Origin: a virus | DNA length: 64,000 bases | IMG/VR virus record: IMGVR_UViG_3300011113_000675 | Span: 78,444 to 142,443 of that record | Reading direction: 5' to 3' (one strand) | Shown here: one piece after another, positions 7,367-17,111 of the stretch | Layout: every line of letters begins with the position of its first letter | Position numbering within the stretch: the first letter of the stretch is position 1 | Notes under the pieces: model-generated | The model's database searches: none | Told to the model about the DNA's origin: nothing | What the model saw: the letters and a program-made list of their open reading frames with translations, nothing else | Program-made: the position numbers and the translations under genes

Positions 7367-8047
7367 ATGAACATCGGACAAGAATTTCAAAACTATTACG
7401 TAAAACATTTGGGTAAGGGGTCCTTGGACCTTCACAATTTCTCAAGTCAAATTCAATCATCAATGACTCCTTATATTCTTGAAGAACGAGAAATGAGAGC
7501 AACTCAAATCGATATCTTCTCAAGATTGATGAGAGACAGAATTATTTGGGTGGCTGGTCCTGTGGATGATAGAATGTCCACTATTGTACAAGCACAGTTA
7601 ATGTTTATGGACAATGTTGATAAGACGGACATTACAATGCACATTGATAGTCCAGGTGGAAGTGTGAAGTCAGGATTGTCTATGGTTGATGTAATGAACT
7701 ACATTGCTTGTGATATCAGAACTGTAAACACGGGTATGGCGGCATCTATGGGTTCCGTATTGTTGGGGGCAGGAACCAAAGGAAAGAGAAGTTCATTAAG
7801 ATTTTCGAGAACGATGTTACACCAATCTTCTGGAGGATTCGGAGGAAATATTCAGGATGCTGAAATCAGTATGAAAGAATGGCATAAATTGAATGACATT
7901 CTATTTAATCTTCTTGGTGAGTACTGTGGAAAAGACCCTGAACAAGTTAAGTTAGACGCTACCCGAGATTTGTGGTTAGATAGTGAACAAGCTCTCGAAT
8001 ATGGAATTATTGACGAGATTGTTAAAACGAAAAAGAGGGGTAAATAA
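7367..8047 (+). CDS. clpP: ATP-dependent Clp protease proteolytic subunit
   Basis: DIFSRLMRDRII, IDSPGGSV, AASMGSVLL (Ser), MLHQ (His), RDLWL (Asp). Confidence 0.95.
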   Translation: MNIGQEFQNYYVKHLGKGSLDLHNFSSQIQSSMTPYILEEREMRATQIDIFSRLMRDRIIWVAGPVDDRMSTIVQAQLMFMDNVDKTDITMHIDSPGGSVKSGLSMVDVMNYIACDIRTVNTGMAASMGSVLLGAGTKGKRSSLRFSRTMLHQSSGGFGGNIQDAEISMKEWHKLNDILFNLLGEYCGKDPEQVKLDATRDLWLDSEQALEYGIIDEIVKTKKRGK

Positions 8048-8062
8048 CCCCTCTTTTTTTTT
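8033..8062 (+). terminator. Intrinsic terminator after clpP
   Basis: AAGAGGGG-TAAATAA-CCCCTCTT then T-run. Confidence 0.8.
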
Positions 8063-8128
8063 AGACTTAGAACACCCCCTTTTCTTTTTGTTCGTCAGTT
8101 TATCACAAAATAATTTTACTTATTTTGG

Positions 8129-8797
8129 CTACGGTGTGAATAATCCTCCATCCACATCAGGTTTCAATTTGTCATAAACTTTAGACGCCTTTTCACTCAT
8201 TTTACTAAATAAATCACATACTATATCACTAATTTTTCTTTCCACATTTTCCACAAACGTTTGGTCTTTGACTGCATCCGCTAAAGCACTATTCAAGAAT
8301 TTTGATTCAATCGTATTGGGCCCACTTTGTCCCATAATTCTTTCATGTACCGCCTTGGATAAAGATTCTGCAACTAACTTGGATAACTCATCACAACTTC
8401 TCAATGATTGAGCAAACTTCGTTGGATCTGAAGACAATGAGGACTTTAAAGATTCTTTGAAATAATCCGCTAATTCCAATGATTTCATCAGCGAATCGAC
8501 CAACGGTCCAATGATTGTTTGAAAAACTCCTGTCATCCCGTCTCCGAAAATTTTACCTATAAAGTCTTTCAATTGTTCGTTCAATAAATTTATTTCTTCT
8601 AAGTAATTTATTTCGTAAACAAGTTTGTAGGCGATTTTTTCTTGTTTCGATTTTGTCAAATAACCGAAATTTTTGATATTATATTCAGATTCAAAAATCA
8701 TAAGAATCCTATTCTTCACCAAACTTTGTTCGATCAAGAGTTTTTCTTTTCTTTCTTTTGTTTCTAAGATTGCTTTTTTTATTTTTATTTCTAACAT
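8129..8797 (-). CDS. Hypothetical helical protein with leader ending LLIEQ
   Basis: 222-aa ORF in operon with 8806-10074. Confidence 0.7.
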   Translation of the reverse strand: MLEIKIKKAILETKERKEKLLIEQSLVKNRILMIFESEYNIKNFGYLTKSKQEKIAYKLVYEINYLEEINLLNEQLKDFIGKIFGDGMTGVFQTIIGPLVDSLMKSLELADYFKESLKSSLSSDPTKFAQSLRSCDELSKLVAESLSKAVHERIMGQSGPNTIESKFLNSALADAVKDQTFVENVERKISDIVCDLFSKMSEKASKVYDKLKPDVDGGLFTP

Positions 8798-8805
8798 GAG
8801 TGTAA

Positions 8806-10074
8806 TTACTTAATTCTCCATATTGAATCCGGTCCTTGTGTTAATGGTCCTCCCGCCACACGACCTGATAAAACATCTAACATATTATCAATATTTCGAC
8901 CACCTCTTCCTAATACACCAAATTTTCCATAGTGCTGGTCTTTACAAGCCTGAACAATTCTTCTTGCTTGTGCAATTGTTGTAGGGTCAACGACGATACT
9001 ATTCTTTTGTTGGAATGATGTGTAAAAATCTCTGATATTTTTTCTACAAACTGATTTATCAATCGATTGGTTATCTAAAATATCACTTAAAATACTATCT
9101 CGTCTTCTAAGTGTGGATTGTTGATTAGGATCGGAGTATCCTGCCGCTGGCCCAATTTGCGTTGGTTCTGTAACAGGTTCATCTGTTTGTGTTTGTTGGG
9201 TGACAGGTTGGGCTTCTTGTGCCGCAGGTTGTGTTTCTTTTTGGTTGAGTATCTGTGAAAAGAATTCTTCGGAATTTCTACTCTCGAAATTTAGCTCCCC
9301 AATACTACTTTTCATTGTAAAGTTTGAATCTCCATCACAACTCCATTCACCGTTGTCAGTGAAAACTCCATTTGTGAACTGTTTCCAAGTTTTCTTCCCA
9401 TCTGCCCAACTGTTAAATCTCCAAATCAGGTTTGTTATTTTAAATATTACTTCAAATTCATTTTTACCCTCTATGGTATTTTGTAAGTGGCTAAAGCTCG
9501 AATAAAGATACTTGTTCGCTCGAAAAAAAGTTTGAATACATGAGAATATGTCATCAGGTTGAGTTTGTTGTGTGACAGGCTGTGTTCCTTTTGAGATTTG
9601 TCCAAATTCCTTTGGTGCTAAACGTAACTGCGAATCCGAAGTTTTTACTTTACTTTGAACTGGATTAGCCGCAACCCTCATTTTTTCATCTGATTTTTTG
9701 AGTAATGCTTTGATGGTCTCAGGTCCAACTATACCATCCTTCTTCAATGGTTCCCCCTCATCATTTTTATTTTCTGATTGAAATTTTTCAACTTGTGCTT
9801 TAGTTAAACTACCAAAATCATCATCAACCTCACCTGATTTACTAATATTTGTATATCCCGCAGAAATCAACAACTCCTGTATTTTACCCACAATTGGACC
9901 TTTCATTCCAGATTTAACAACAGATTTACCATTTTTTATATCATCAATTGTCAAGTCTGTCGTTTGTTCCAAAACTAAAGTCTTATTTTCAGTCAAGGTT
10001 TTAGACAAATCATACTTCATCATCAACTTTACTCTCTCTAATGCTTCTTGGGGGTTATATTTCGCCTTAACCAT
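8806..10074 (-). CDS. Peptidoglycan-binding-domain protein with leader
   Basis: G..V..IQELL..AGY...DDDFGSLTKAQVEKFQ...DGIVGPET; leader ends VLEQ; TATTTAT upstream. Confidence 0.8.
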   Translation of the reverse strand: MVKAKYNPQEALERVKLMMKYDLSKTLTENKTLVLEQTTDLTIDDIKNGKSVVKSGMKGPIVGKIQELLISAGYTNISKSGEVDDDFGSLTKAQVEKFQSENKNDEGEPLKKDGIVGPETIKALLKKSDEKMRVAANPVQSKVKTSDSQLRLAPKEFGQISKGTQPVTQQTQPDDIFSCIQTFFRANKYLYSSFSHLQNTIEGKNEFEVIFKITNLIWRFNSWADGKKTWKQFTNGVFTDNGEWSCDGDSNFTMKSSIGELNFESRNSEEFFSQILNQKETQPAAQEAQPVTQQTQTDEPVTEPTQIGPAAGYSDPNQQSTLRRRDSILSDILDNQSIDKSVCRKNIRDFYTSFQQKNSIVVDPTTIAQARRIVQACKDQHYGKFGVLGRGGRNIDNMLDVLSGRVAGGPLTQGPDSIWRIK

Positions 10075-10106
10075 ATTTACTAATTTATATTATAAATACA
10101 CGTAAT

Positions 10107-10352
10107 TTACCAAATTTGATTTGCGGCTCCTCTTGTAAGACCTGTTTCCCATTTTTCGCCAGATGCACCTAATCTATTCGCTTTACCTCTTGTAATTGTA
10201 TATGAGTCAGACCATTTTGGGACTTTTCCTCCACCACCTCCTGAAGATGCCGGAGCAGCCCCAGCATCATCTTGTTCACCCATTTCATCTTTAGTTCCCA
10301 TTTGAGAATACTTAGAAAAAAAATCTATAAGGAAGTCAACGTCTAAAATCAT
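10107..10352 (-). CDS. Hypothetical protein with duplicated TRGxAN motif
   Basis: KWSDSYTITRGKAN / KWETGLTRGAAN; TATTTAT upstream. Confidence 0.65.
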   Translation of the reverse strand: MILDVDFLIDFFSKYSQMGTKDEMGEQDDAGAAPASSGGGGGKVPKWSDSYTITRGKANRLGASGEKWETGLTRGAANQIW

Positions 10353-10400
10353 ACTAATAAATATTTGTTTAATTAGAAATTTTTTTTTACTCTTTGAAAG

Positions 10401-10931
10401 ATGAAAAAGATTATACCTCTAATTCTTTTATTTTTAACCTCTTGTCAATTCTACGTCACCGAAATTAAGGATGTTACGTTGAGTGGAAAGTATGTTGTTT
10501 CCAAATTGGAAATTACAAATGTTGACCAAAATCAAACTAAAGACCAAATTTACTTAGTGGGAGACACGTACGTAAATCAAAATCTCCCCCATCCATTCAA
10601 TAACATCAAGATTAACAATTTTTACATACACTTTGACTATTCTACAGTCAAAATGGATTTCCTCGGGTCAACAAAGTCAGGTGAAGATATTTGGAGATAT
10701 GGTGTCAATCCTGATGAAATTTTTTATAACATATTTGGAACGACTCCATTCCACTCTGGGTACCTTCAATACGACTACACATCAAAAGATGGAAGCCACG
10801 TTTTGTTAACATTTATGATCGAAGATGACGGTTTTGAAACACTTCAACTAAAATCCTCAGGAGCTTGGTTTGGTGGTAAATTTGGTCAAAAACAAGTTAT
10901 GACAATTCAATTAACTCGAGTTGGTCCTTAA
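10401..10931 (+). CDS. Lipoprotein (lipocalin-like beta protein)
   Basis: Lipobox LTSC; LSGKYVV strand; beta-rich. Confidence 0.65.
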   Translation: MKKIIPLILLFLTSCQFYVTEIKDVTLSGKYVVSKLEITNVDQNQTKDQIYLVGDTYVNQNLPHPFNNIKINNFYIHFDYSTVKMDFLGSTKSGEDIWRYGVNPDEIFYNIFGTTPFHSGYLQYDYTSKDGSHVLLTFMIEDDGFETLQLKSSGAWFGGKFGQKQVMTIQLTRVGP

Positions 10932-11230
10932 TAGAATTCAGGTTGTGGGATTGAATCGGGATTAACGATATAATATTCATTCAGAAAGGACATCAACTCC
11001 TCTTCATCCAACTCTACTTTTTCTTCATCATCATAAGAATCCTCTTCAATTTCATCATCGAAAAAATCAAAAGATTCCGTGATTAAATCGAAACCATAAC
11101 TCTCGACAATGTTGTAATCGATAACGTCGATTCTAACGACATCTTCTTCGTCTTCAATAGTTCTGAACGAAACTTCCAAAAGGTTTTTCTCACCGTTAAA
11201 GTAGTAAGAGACGATTTCTTTTATTTCCAT
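10928..11230 (-). CDS. Acidic hypothetical protein
   Basis: ORF with D/E-rich middle. Confidence 0.65.
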   Translation of the reverse strand: MEIKEIVSYYFNGEKNLLEVSFRTIEDEEDVVRIDVIDYNIVESYGFDLITESFDFFDDEIEEDSYDDEEKVELDEEELMSFLNEYYIVNPDSIPQPEFY

Positions 11231-11369
11231 ATGACAACAATTTATTAACAAATATTAGAAAATATATGAAAAGTCATATATTTGTTGGAATTAAATAAAA
11301 AACCCCATATTTCTATGGGGTTGAAACTCATCTGAGTCGGTCCTACGAGACTATCGTAGGAGGGGTAAT

Positions 11370-12824
11370 TTATTTTATCACTTTCATTCTATTCATCATT
11401 TCCACAATTTTGTTTTTTTGATTGTGGAAGGATTCTTGTAAATCTTCATCCATTTCAAATTCTTCCTCTTCTTCAACTTCCTCTTCATTGTAACTTGACC
11501 TTTGATATGGTCCTGCACTACCAGGTCCTTTGGAATCAAAGTCATATGGAGGGTCCATTTCACCATAAATTCCTTGAGAACCTGATACATCAACTTCATC
11601 TATTTCATCGGCAAATGCTGATTCCATGAACATAAAGTCCTCTTCTTCTTCCTCTTCTTGTCCTCCGCATTCTTCGTAATAACCAGTAATTAAATCTTCT
11701 CCGAACCAATCTTTACAGATGTCATGTAATTCATCAAACATCTCATCACCTTCAGGATTTTGTCCCGTTTCTGCAAAGAAATTATCGATTGCCGAAGAAA
11801 TTATATTGTCAGCATATTCAAATTCATCACTGAAATCATTACACATATCCCATTGAGTTTTTTCAAATTCAATGAAAGTCAACAAGTTGTCATAAGTTAT
11901 CCCTCTTCTTCTGAATCTAATCATGTTCTCAGGTGCTTGCTCTTCCATTTCTCCCTCGGTTGGATATACTTCATCAGGACCGTCACTTATAAAGTCATAT
12001 GCTGGTTTGATGTTACTAATATCCATGTCGGGAGCATTACCACCTCCTGTATAACCTTGTTCATCGATAGTTTCCATCCCCTTCAACAAATCTTTGTCGA
12101 TAAGACCAACTTTTATTAAACGGTTCAATAAAGTTTTTCTAGGAAGTTTTCTCAAATATCTAATTACAATCGGCGGGATATCTTCCCCATATTGACCGAA
12201 TAAATTATTCAAGATTTCATTTTCTTTTGGAGATGGGATAAATGAAGCTCTCGATCTTGATGCTTTCATCCCTCTCGGACCTTTCTCATAAGGCATATCA
12301 TCCATGAATTGTTCGTCCATTTCTTCACCAGCTTGTAAGTCCTCGAATCCATCATCTTCATTGTCAGGATCTTCGTATTCACCTTCTGATTTTATTTTTT
12401 TCATGTGGTGCATTTTTTCAAAAGTATCTACACTATTAGATGGTCCTTCGATGTAATCAAATCCTGCAGATGGGTTCAAATCTTCTTCATCATAGATATC
12501 ATCTAATTTGCCAACACCTTCTTCCATTTCTCTGCCACCACATTGTTCACATATACCTTCAGCCATTCGACCTCCGCATTGTTCACACATTTCTTTTTCT
12601 TCAACTTGTTCGTTGATTCCCATATTTGTATATTTCTTAACCTCACCTTTGTTGTTAACAACCATTCCGTCTTTGTCACCAGCGAAATCGTAGGTATATA
12701 AAGGTTGAGTGTTTGAAACCTGTGGTTGCATGGTTTGGTATCCATTATACAAACTCTTGTGTTGGTCCAAAATATTTTGTTTCTCTGTTGCAGATAATTG
12801 ACCTAATCCAAAGTATCCTCTCAT
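11370..12824 (-). CDS. Very acidic modular protein; putative head core/internal polyprotein
   Basis: Repeated INEQ/MDEQ/IDEQ/MEEQ, tandem CEQCGG, repeated P.YDF.S.GP; TATTTAT upstream. Confidence 0.65.
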   Translation of the reverse strand: MRGYFGLGQLSATEKQNILDQHKSLYNGYQTMQPQVSNTQPLYTYDFAGDKDGMVVNNKGEVKKYTNMGINEQVEEKEMCEQCGGRMAEGICEQCGGREMEEGVGKLDDIYDEEDLNPSAGFDYIEGPSNSVDTFEKMHHMKKIKSEGEYEDPDNEDDGFEDLQAGEEMDEQFMDDMPYEKGPRGMKASRSRASFIPSPKENEILNNLFGQYGEDIPPIVIRYLRKLPRKTLLNRLIKVGLIDKDLLKGMETIDEQGYTGGGNAPDMDISNIKPAYDFISDGPDEVYPTEGEMEEQAPENMIRFRRRGITYDNLLTFIEFEKTQWDMCNDFSDEFEYADNIISSAIDNFFAETGQNPEGDEMFDELHDICKDWFGEDLITGYYEECGGQEEEEEEDFMFMESAFADEIDEVDVSGSQGIYGEMDPPYDFDSKGPGSAGPYQRSSYNEEEVEEEEEFEMDEDLQESFHNQKNKIVEMMNRMKVIK

Positions 12825-12870
12825 AACTATTAGTTTTATTAATAAATACTTTTATTTCTTTGTTTTTTCA

Positions 12871-12983
12871 TTTGACATTATTTCAGATAAATTTTATTAT
12901 TGTATTACACAAGTGAGTTTCATATTTTCATCCGATAGTATCTTGGTAATTTATTTATCGCCTCAATTTATGGGCTCACTTGT
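12871..12983 (+). promoter_or_regulatory. Host-type promoter plus long 5'-UTR hairpin for the 13-17.7 kb operon
   Basis: TTTG-N20-TATTATTG; ACAAGTGAGTTTCATA pairs with TATGGGCTCACTTGT, inner CGATA/TATCG. Confidence 0.6.
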
Positions 12984-12995
12984 TACTTCTCTACT

Positions 12996-13250
12996 ATGAC
13001 AATCAACAACTACGATATCGACGAATACGCTGAAGGTGCCATCATTTTGGATGGACTAGATGAAGCCATAATTGGAATTGTCGAAGAGTTCGGAAACGGA
13101 CCTCGAATCCTATATTCAAAAAACAAAATCCTCAACATTCTCTGTGAAAGAGATTCAATGACTCATTCTGAGGCAGAAGAGTTTTACGACTACAATATCA
13201 TCGGTTTATACGCTGGAGAACAAAACCCGATATTTTTGGTTTCCGAGTAA
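12996..13250 (+). CDS. Conserved phage hypothetical protein
   Basis: DGLDEAIIG...EAEEFYDYNIIGLYAGEQNPIF pattern familiar from large phages. Confidence 0.75.
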   Translation: MTINNYDIDEYAEGAIILDGLDEAIIGIVEEFGNGPRILYSKNKILNILCERDSMTHSEAEEFYDYNIIGLYAGEQNPIFLVSE

Positions 13251-13280
13251 TTTTTTATTATCATTGTAAAAAACAAAAAA

Positions 13281-13469
13281 ATGTATTGGAAAGTCAACTA
13301 CGGTAAATTTGTAACATTTACAGGAAGGTATTGGATAATACCTTGTATATCAATTTGGTATGATAGATACTATTTTCTTGAAACAGGAATTGAAACTCCT
13401 GCTTTCGGGTTTCAGATTAGCTTTCTCAATTTTGCTTACGGAATAAGAATACAAAAACAATACTATTAA
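13281..13469 (+). CDS. Hypothetical protein
   Basis: ORF in dense plus-strand operon. Confidence 0.55.
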   Translation: MYWKVNYGKFVTFTGRYWIIPCISIWYDRYYFLETGIETPAFGFQISFLNFAYGIRIQKQYY

Positions 13470-13473
13470 AACT

Positions 13474-13644
13474 ATGAAAAAGAAAATATTTCAAGGTATC
13501 GCCTTAATTGGAGTGTTTACTTTAGGTATGTACACTGCAAGTCAATTTGTGTTTGGTACCCCAGTGGATACCCATAGATGGTTAATAACTACCCTAGCGA
13601 TTGTACTGCTTTTGTCATTCGCCGACGAGAAAGAAAAAGAATAA
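13474..13644 (+). CDS. Small 2-TM membrane protein
   Basis: Not in ORF track; MKKKIFQGIALIGVFTLGMY...; fills operon gap. Confidence 0.6.
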   Translation: MKKKIFQGIALIGVFTLGMYTASQFVFGTPVDTHRWLITTLAIVLLLSFADEKEKE

Positions 13645-13647
13645 TGT

Positions 13648-13875
13648 ATGAAACTATTTTGTAAAATTGGGCTTCATTATTGGAAAACCAAAAAGGAAAA
13701 ACATGAAGTAATTGACCACCCAAAAGGTAGAAAAGACATAAGGGTTAATGTCCGAGAATGTAAACTCTGTGGTGATAGACAATATTATTCTCTACCAGAT
13801 AAGAATGATTTACGGACATGGAAACCATGTCCATTCAAAAAAACCGATAAAATAACATTAAATCAAATTAAATAA
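13648..13875 (+). CDS. Small Cys/His protein (possibly DUF1660-like)
   Basis: MKLFCKIGLHYW...RECKLCG. Confidence 0.55.
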   Translation: MKLFCKIGLHYWKTKKEKHEVIDHPKGRKDIRVNVRECKLCGDRQYYSLPDKNDLRTWKPCPFKKTDKITLNQIK

Positions 13876-13876
13876 T

Positions 13877-14098
13877 ATGCAAACATTAGTATTCAACACC
13901 AAAACCAAAAACGTAACAGTCTACTCAGACAAACCTGGATCGACAATGATTTCCAACTTTTCAGACGTTCCGACTGTAAAAGTTATGGAATCTTATTATG
14001 AAGTGATGCAAAAACAAACCGATGACACTGGAATTGAAAATCGTATTCCTGTTGCAAGATTTCCAATTGCAAACACAAATATGTTAATCCAAAGTTAA
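13877..14098 (+). CDS. Hypothetical protein
   Basis: ORF in operon. Confidence 0.65.
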   Translation: MQTLVFNTKTKNVTVYSDKPGSTMISNFSDVPTVKVMESYYEVMQKQTDDTGIENRIPVARFPIANTNMLIQS

Positions 14099-14102
14099 AC
14101 AC

Positions 14103-14303
14103 ATGAAACCCAACTTAGAGAAAATATTGAGTAAATACATTGTTCACACCGGATTTTTTGACAGAGATTCGGTGGAAAAATGTATGGAAAAATCTTATGA
14201 TTTGGGGATTAAAGAATTTTTGAATTGGTTATCAAAACAAGGACATTTGTCAGACAACATAAATTACATTATAGAGGAATGGAATAGTCAAAATAAAAAA
14301 TGA
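14103..14303 (+). CDS. Hypothetical protein
   Basis: ORF in operon. Confidence 0.6.
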   Translation: MKPNLEKILSKYIVHTGFFDRDSVEKCMEKSYDLGIKEFLNWLSKQGHLSDNINYIIEEWNSQNKK

Positions 14304-14629
14304 AATATTATTTTTTGGTTTTGGTGTTTCAAATTATGTTCAATATCTTTAAGGTGTTGGAAATAAAATACACCTATGAGAATAAGTTAGGTCTCTTACT
14401 GTATAACTCCGTCTACATCAATTTGGTTGCACTGGCATCAGTATATTGGTCTTTGGACAGATTATTTGAAGGTGATTGGTGGATTATACCATTTTATCTT
14501 GCAGGAAGCGTAATTGGGAAATGGATTGCCATGCGTCATATTGAAAACATCAGATACAAAATATTCAAATTATTCGGGAAAAAAATTAGTAAGTTGCAAC
14601 ATAAATTTTCAAATCGAGATGAAGACTAA
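14300..14629 (+). CDS. Multi-pass membrane protein
   Basis: Three hydrophobic segments; ATGA overlap with upstream gene. Confidence 0.65.
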   Translation: MKYYFLVLVFQIMFNIFKVLEIKYTYENKLGLLLYNSVYINLVALASVYWSLDRLFEGDWWIIPFYLAGSVIGKWIAMRHIENIRYKIFKLFGKKISKLQHKFSNRDED

Positions 14630-15245
14630 CATAGAAAGTACGTTTGAATTCAAGGACAATAGACCTTTCAAAGAAAAGACATTGGATTTTCTTCAAAGTC
14701 TTATGTTTTGGAAGGGAAGAAAAAAAGGAATGATTTTTACCCGAGATATTTCTTTCGACGAAATCCGTGCAGTTTTTTTCCCAAAAAATTTTTACGAAAA
14801 GTATCATTATTTAGGATCAGTTCCTTACCGAGAAGATGGAAAATTGTTTAAAGCATTGTATCCTTTAGTTCTTGCAATGGATTATGAGGCAAAACCGAAA
14901 TGGTGTCCAAGATGGGTTCTTCGTTTTCTACACTTATTCGGTTCTGATAACTCCATTGTAAGAGTTCGTAATTTCACTTTACATAATTGGGAGAAAAAAC
15001 TTACAAAAGGAATGATGATTTGGGATTACAAAACCAAGTGGACCGACTATGATTTGAGAATTTCAATAAACGCTCCAAAGCATCTACAGGATTTGGCGGA
15101 TTACATCGAAGATGGATATTATTCTAAGGGGAGACAAGAAGAATTAGTGGGGCAAATCAAAGCTATCGATCCTGAGGCAAAAATAGTTTGGGGCAGTGTG
15201 GATAGATTAGTTGACCAATTAAATAAATTGAGAGATACTAAATAA
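14619..15245 (+). CDS. Hypothetical protein
   Basis: Long ORF; start placed at MKTNIES. Confidence 0.75.
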   Translation: MKTNIESTFEFKDNRPFKEKTLDFLQSLMFWKGRKKGMIFTRDISFDEIRAVFFPKNFYEKYHYLGSVPYREDGKLFKALYPLVLAMDYEAKPKWCPRWVLRFLHLFGSDNSIVRVRNFTLHNWEKKLTKGMMIWDYKTKWTDYDLRISINAPKHLQDLADYIEDGYYSKGRQEELVGQIKAIDPEAKIVWGSVDRLVDQLNKLRDTK

Positions 15246-15253
15246 TTAATGAC

Positions 15254-15409
15254 ATGACAACAACATTAATATTTTTAATCATTTGTATAACCCTATTTCC
15301 TGTGACATGGCTTTGGATTAAACGAATTGATTATATGCATAAAAATCATCCTGACTACAAAGGTGAAGATTTATTTGACGAAAATGAAAAAGACAATTTC
15401 AAAAATTAA
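15254..15409 (+). CDS. Small membrane-anchored protein
   Basis: Not in ORF track; TM then IDYMHKNHPDYKGEDLF. Confidence 0.55.
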   Translation: MTTTLIFLIICITLFPVTWLWIKRIDYMHKNHPDYKGEDLFDENEKDNFKN

Positions 15410-15493
15410 GACAGTGCTTAAAGACATTTGGTTAGGATTTACATTATCAAATGAATTTAGAAATAACCATCAACAATGGCCCAAAATTTAGTT

Positions 15494-16633
15494 ATGAATA
15501 ACATAGATATGCAATATCAACAACTACTCGGAGACATTCTAGAGAATGGTGTTGAAAAAAATGATAGAACAGGAACTGGTACTCTTTCAGTATTTGGTAG
15601 ACAAATTCGTCACAAAATGAGTGAAGGATTCCCTTTACTTACAACCAAGAAGATGGCATGGAAAACTATGGTGACAGAACTCCTATGGTTCTTACGTGGT
15701 GATACAAATATCAAATTCCTATTGGATTATGATTGTCATATTTGGGATGGTGATGCGTACAAAAATTATTTTAACAAAAATAAAGCTGATATATTCCATC
15801 CAATATTACCACAAGATGCGTTTATCAATGCAATTAAAACTATTCCAGATTTTGCAAAAGAGTATGGTGATTTAGGTCCAATCTATGGTAAACAATGGAG
15901 AAGTTGGAAAAAGCCTAAATGGGTTGAAACTGAAATGTCAATTGCAAGTGGAGGTACTCATGGAGGAAGTGAGTATAAACCGATTTATATTGACCAAATC
16001 CAAAACCTAATCAACGAACTCAAAACAAATCCGGATAGTAGAAGATTGATGGTTAGTGCTTGGAATGTAGGTGAATTAGACAAAATGGTTTTACCACCCT
16101 GTCATTATGGATTTCAAGTTTATACAAGAGAGTTAAAAGTTTGGGAAAGATTGAATTTGGCATCGAAAACCTATGATTCATTCGACCCATTTGATTTTGG
16201 AACTCCTGACGATGTAGACCATGACGAAATTGATAAATTATATCCAGTCCCAAAACGGGGAATCTCTTTAATGTGGAACCAACGAAGTGTAGACACGTTT
16301 TTAGGTTTACCATTTAACATTGCTTCTTATGGATTATTGTTGGAAATTATTGCAAGGGAAGTCAATATGGTTCCTGATGAATTGATTGGTAATTTGGGAG
16401 ATGTTCATCTATACAAAAACCATATCGAACAAGCAAAAGAACAAATGTATCGGAGACCTTATGATTTACCAAAAGTTAAAATCACTGAAAGAAATTGGTA
16501 TCAACATGAGTTAGTAAAAAAACGTTTAGGTGAAAAAACTTTCGAACAAAAAATTATGAGTTATAGACCTGAGTGTTTCGAATTAGTGGGATATCAGTCA
16601 CATGAAAAAATCAAAGCACCATTAAGTAATTAG
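15494..16633 (+). CDS. thyA: Thymidylate synthase
   Basis: DRTGTGT, FPLLTTKK, ELLWFLRG, SRRLMVSAWN, LPPCH, QRSVDTFLGLPFNIASY, DVHLYKNH. Confidence 0.97.
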   Translation: MNNIDMQYQQLLGDILENGVEKNDRTGTGTLSVFGRQIRHKMSEGFPLLTTKKMAWKTMVTELLWFLRGDTNIKFLLDYDCHIWDGDAYKNYFNKNKADIFHPILPQDAFINAIKTIPDFAKEYGDLGPIYGKQWRSWKKPKWVETEMSIASGGTHGGSEYKPIYIDQIQNLINELKTNPDSRRLMVSAWNVGELDKMVLPPCHYGFQVYTRELKVWERLNLASKTYDSFDPFDFGTPDDVDHDEIDKLYPVPKRGISLMWNQRSVDTFLGLPFNIASYGLLLEIIAREVNMVPDELIGNLGDVHLYKNHIEQAKEQMYRRPYDLPKVKITERNWYQHELVKKRLGEKTFEQKIMSYRPECFELVGYQSHEKIKAPLSN

Positions 16634-16648
16634 TAAAAATACAAAATT

Positions 16649-16900
16649 ATGAAAGAAACTTTAAATACTGAAATTTTAGATAGGGCAATGTGGAATATGT
16701 ATCAAACTATGAAAGATGATAATTTTCAATTTGATGGATATTCAAATGAAGATAAAGTTATGATGGTAAATCACATATTACCATACTTTGAAAAGATAGG
16801 GGAGTATGAGATTTGTAAAGAACTTTATGACCAAATCACACCCAGCAATAAAAGCACCTTTGTCAAATCGATCCATGCAGATTGTCATTCTACTCAGTAA
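16649..16900 (+). CDS. Hypothetical protein
   Basis: ORF in operon. Confidence 0.55.
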   Translation: MKETLNTEILDRAMWNMYQTMKDDNFQFDGYSNEDKVMMVNHILPYFEKIGEYEICKELYDQITPSNKSTFVKSIHADCHSTQ

Positions 16901-17111
16901 AGATGTTCCTAAGGAGATTTCAGAGTTAATCTTGGAACACAAGTTGGAGGGTGGTTACTCGATAGATTACGCTCTAAATTCTTTGGTTTCCTATTTTAAT
17001 GGTAAAGAAATTATTATATTTGATTTTACAAAGTATCTCAGATTGGACAACAGATTTAGTGGATACGAAATAGACGATTACGGAACAAAAATAGTTATAA
17101 ATTTCAAATAA
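16875..17111 (+). CDS. Hypothetical protein
   Basis: ORF in operon; start placed at MQIVILL. Confidence 0.55.
   Translation: MQIVILLSKDVPKEISELILEHKLEGGYSIDYALNSLVSYFNGKEIIIFDFTKYLRLDNRFSGYEIDDYGTKIVINFK

Noticed and set aside
11300-11366. Possible hammerhead ribozyme (GAAAC-TCA-TC-TGA-GTC between two hairpins)
   Set aside because: The required CTGANGA core is missing; better explained as a terminator plus 3'-UTR hairpins.
15494-16633. Intron or intein in thyA
   Set aside because: Frame is continuous; insertions are short and lack intein or group I motifs.
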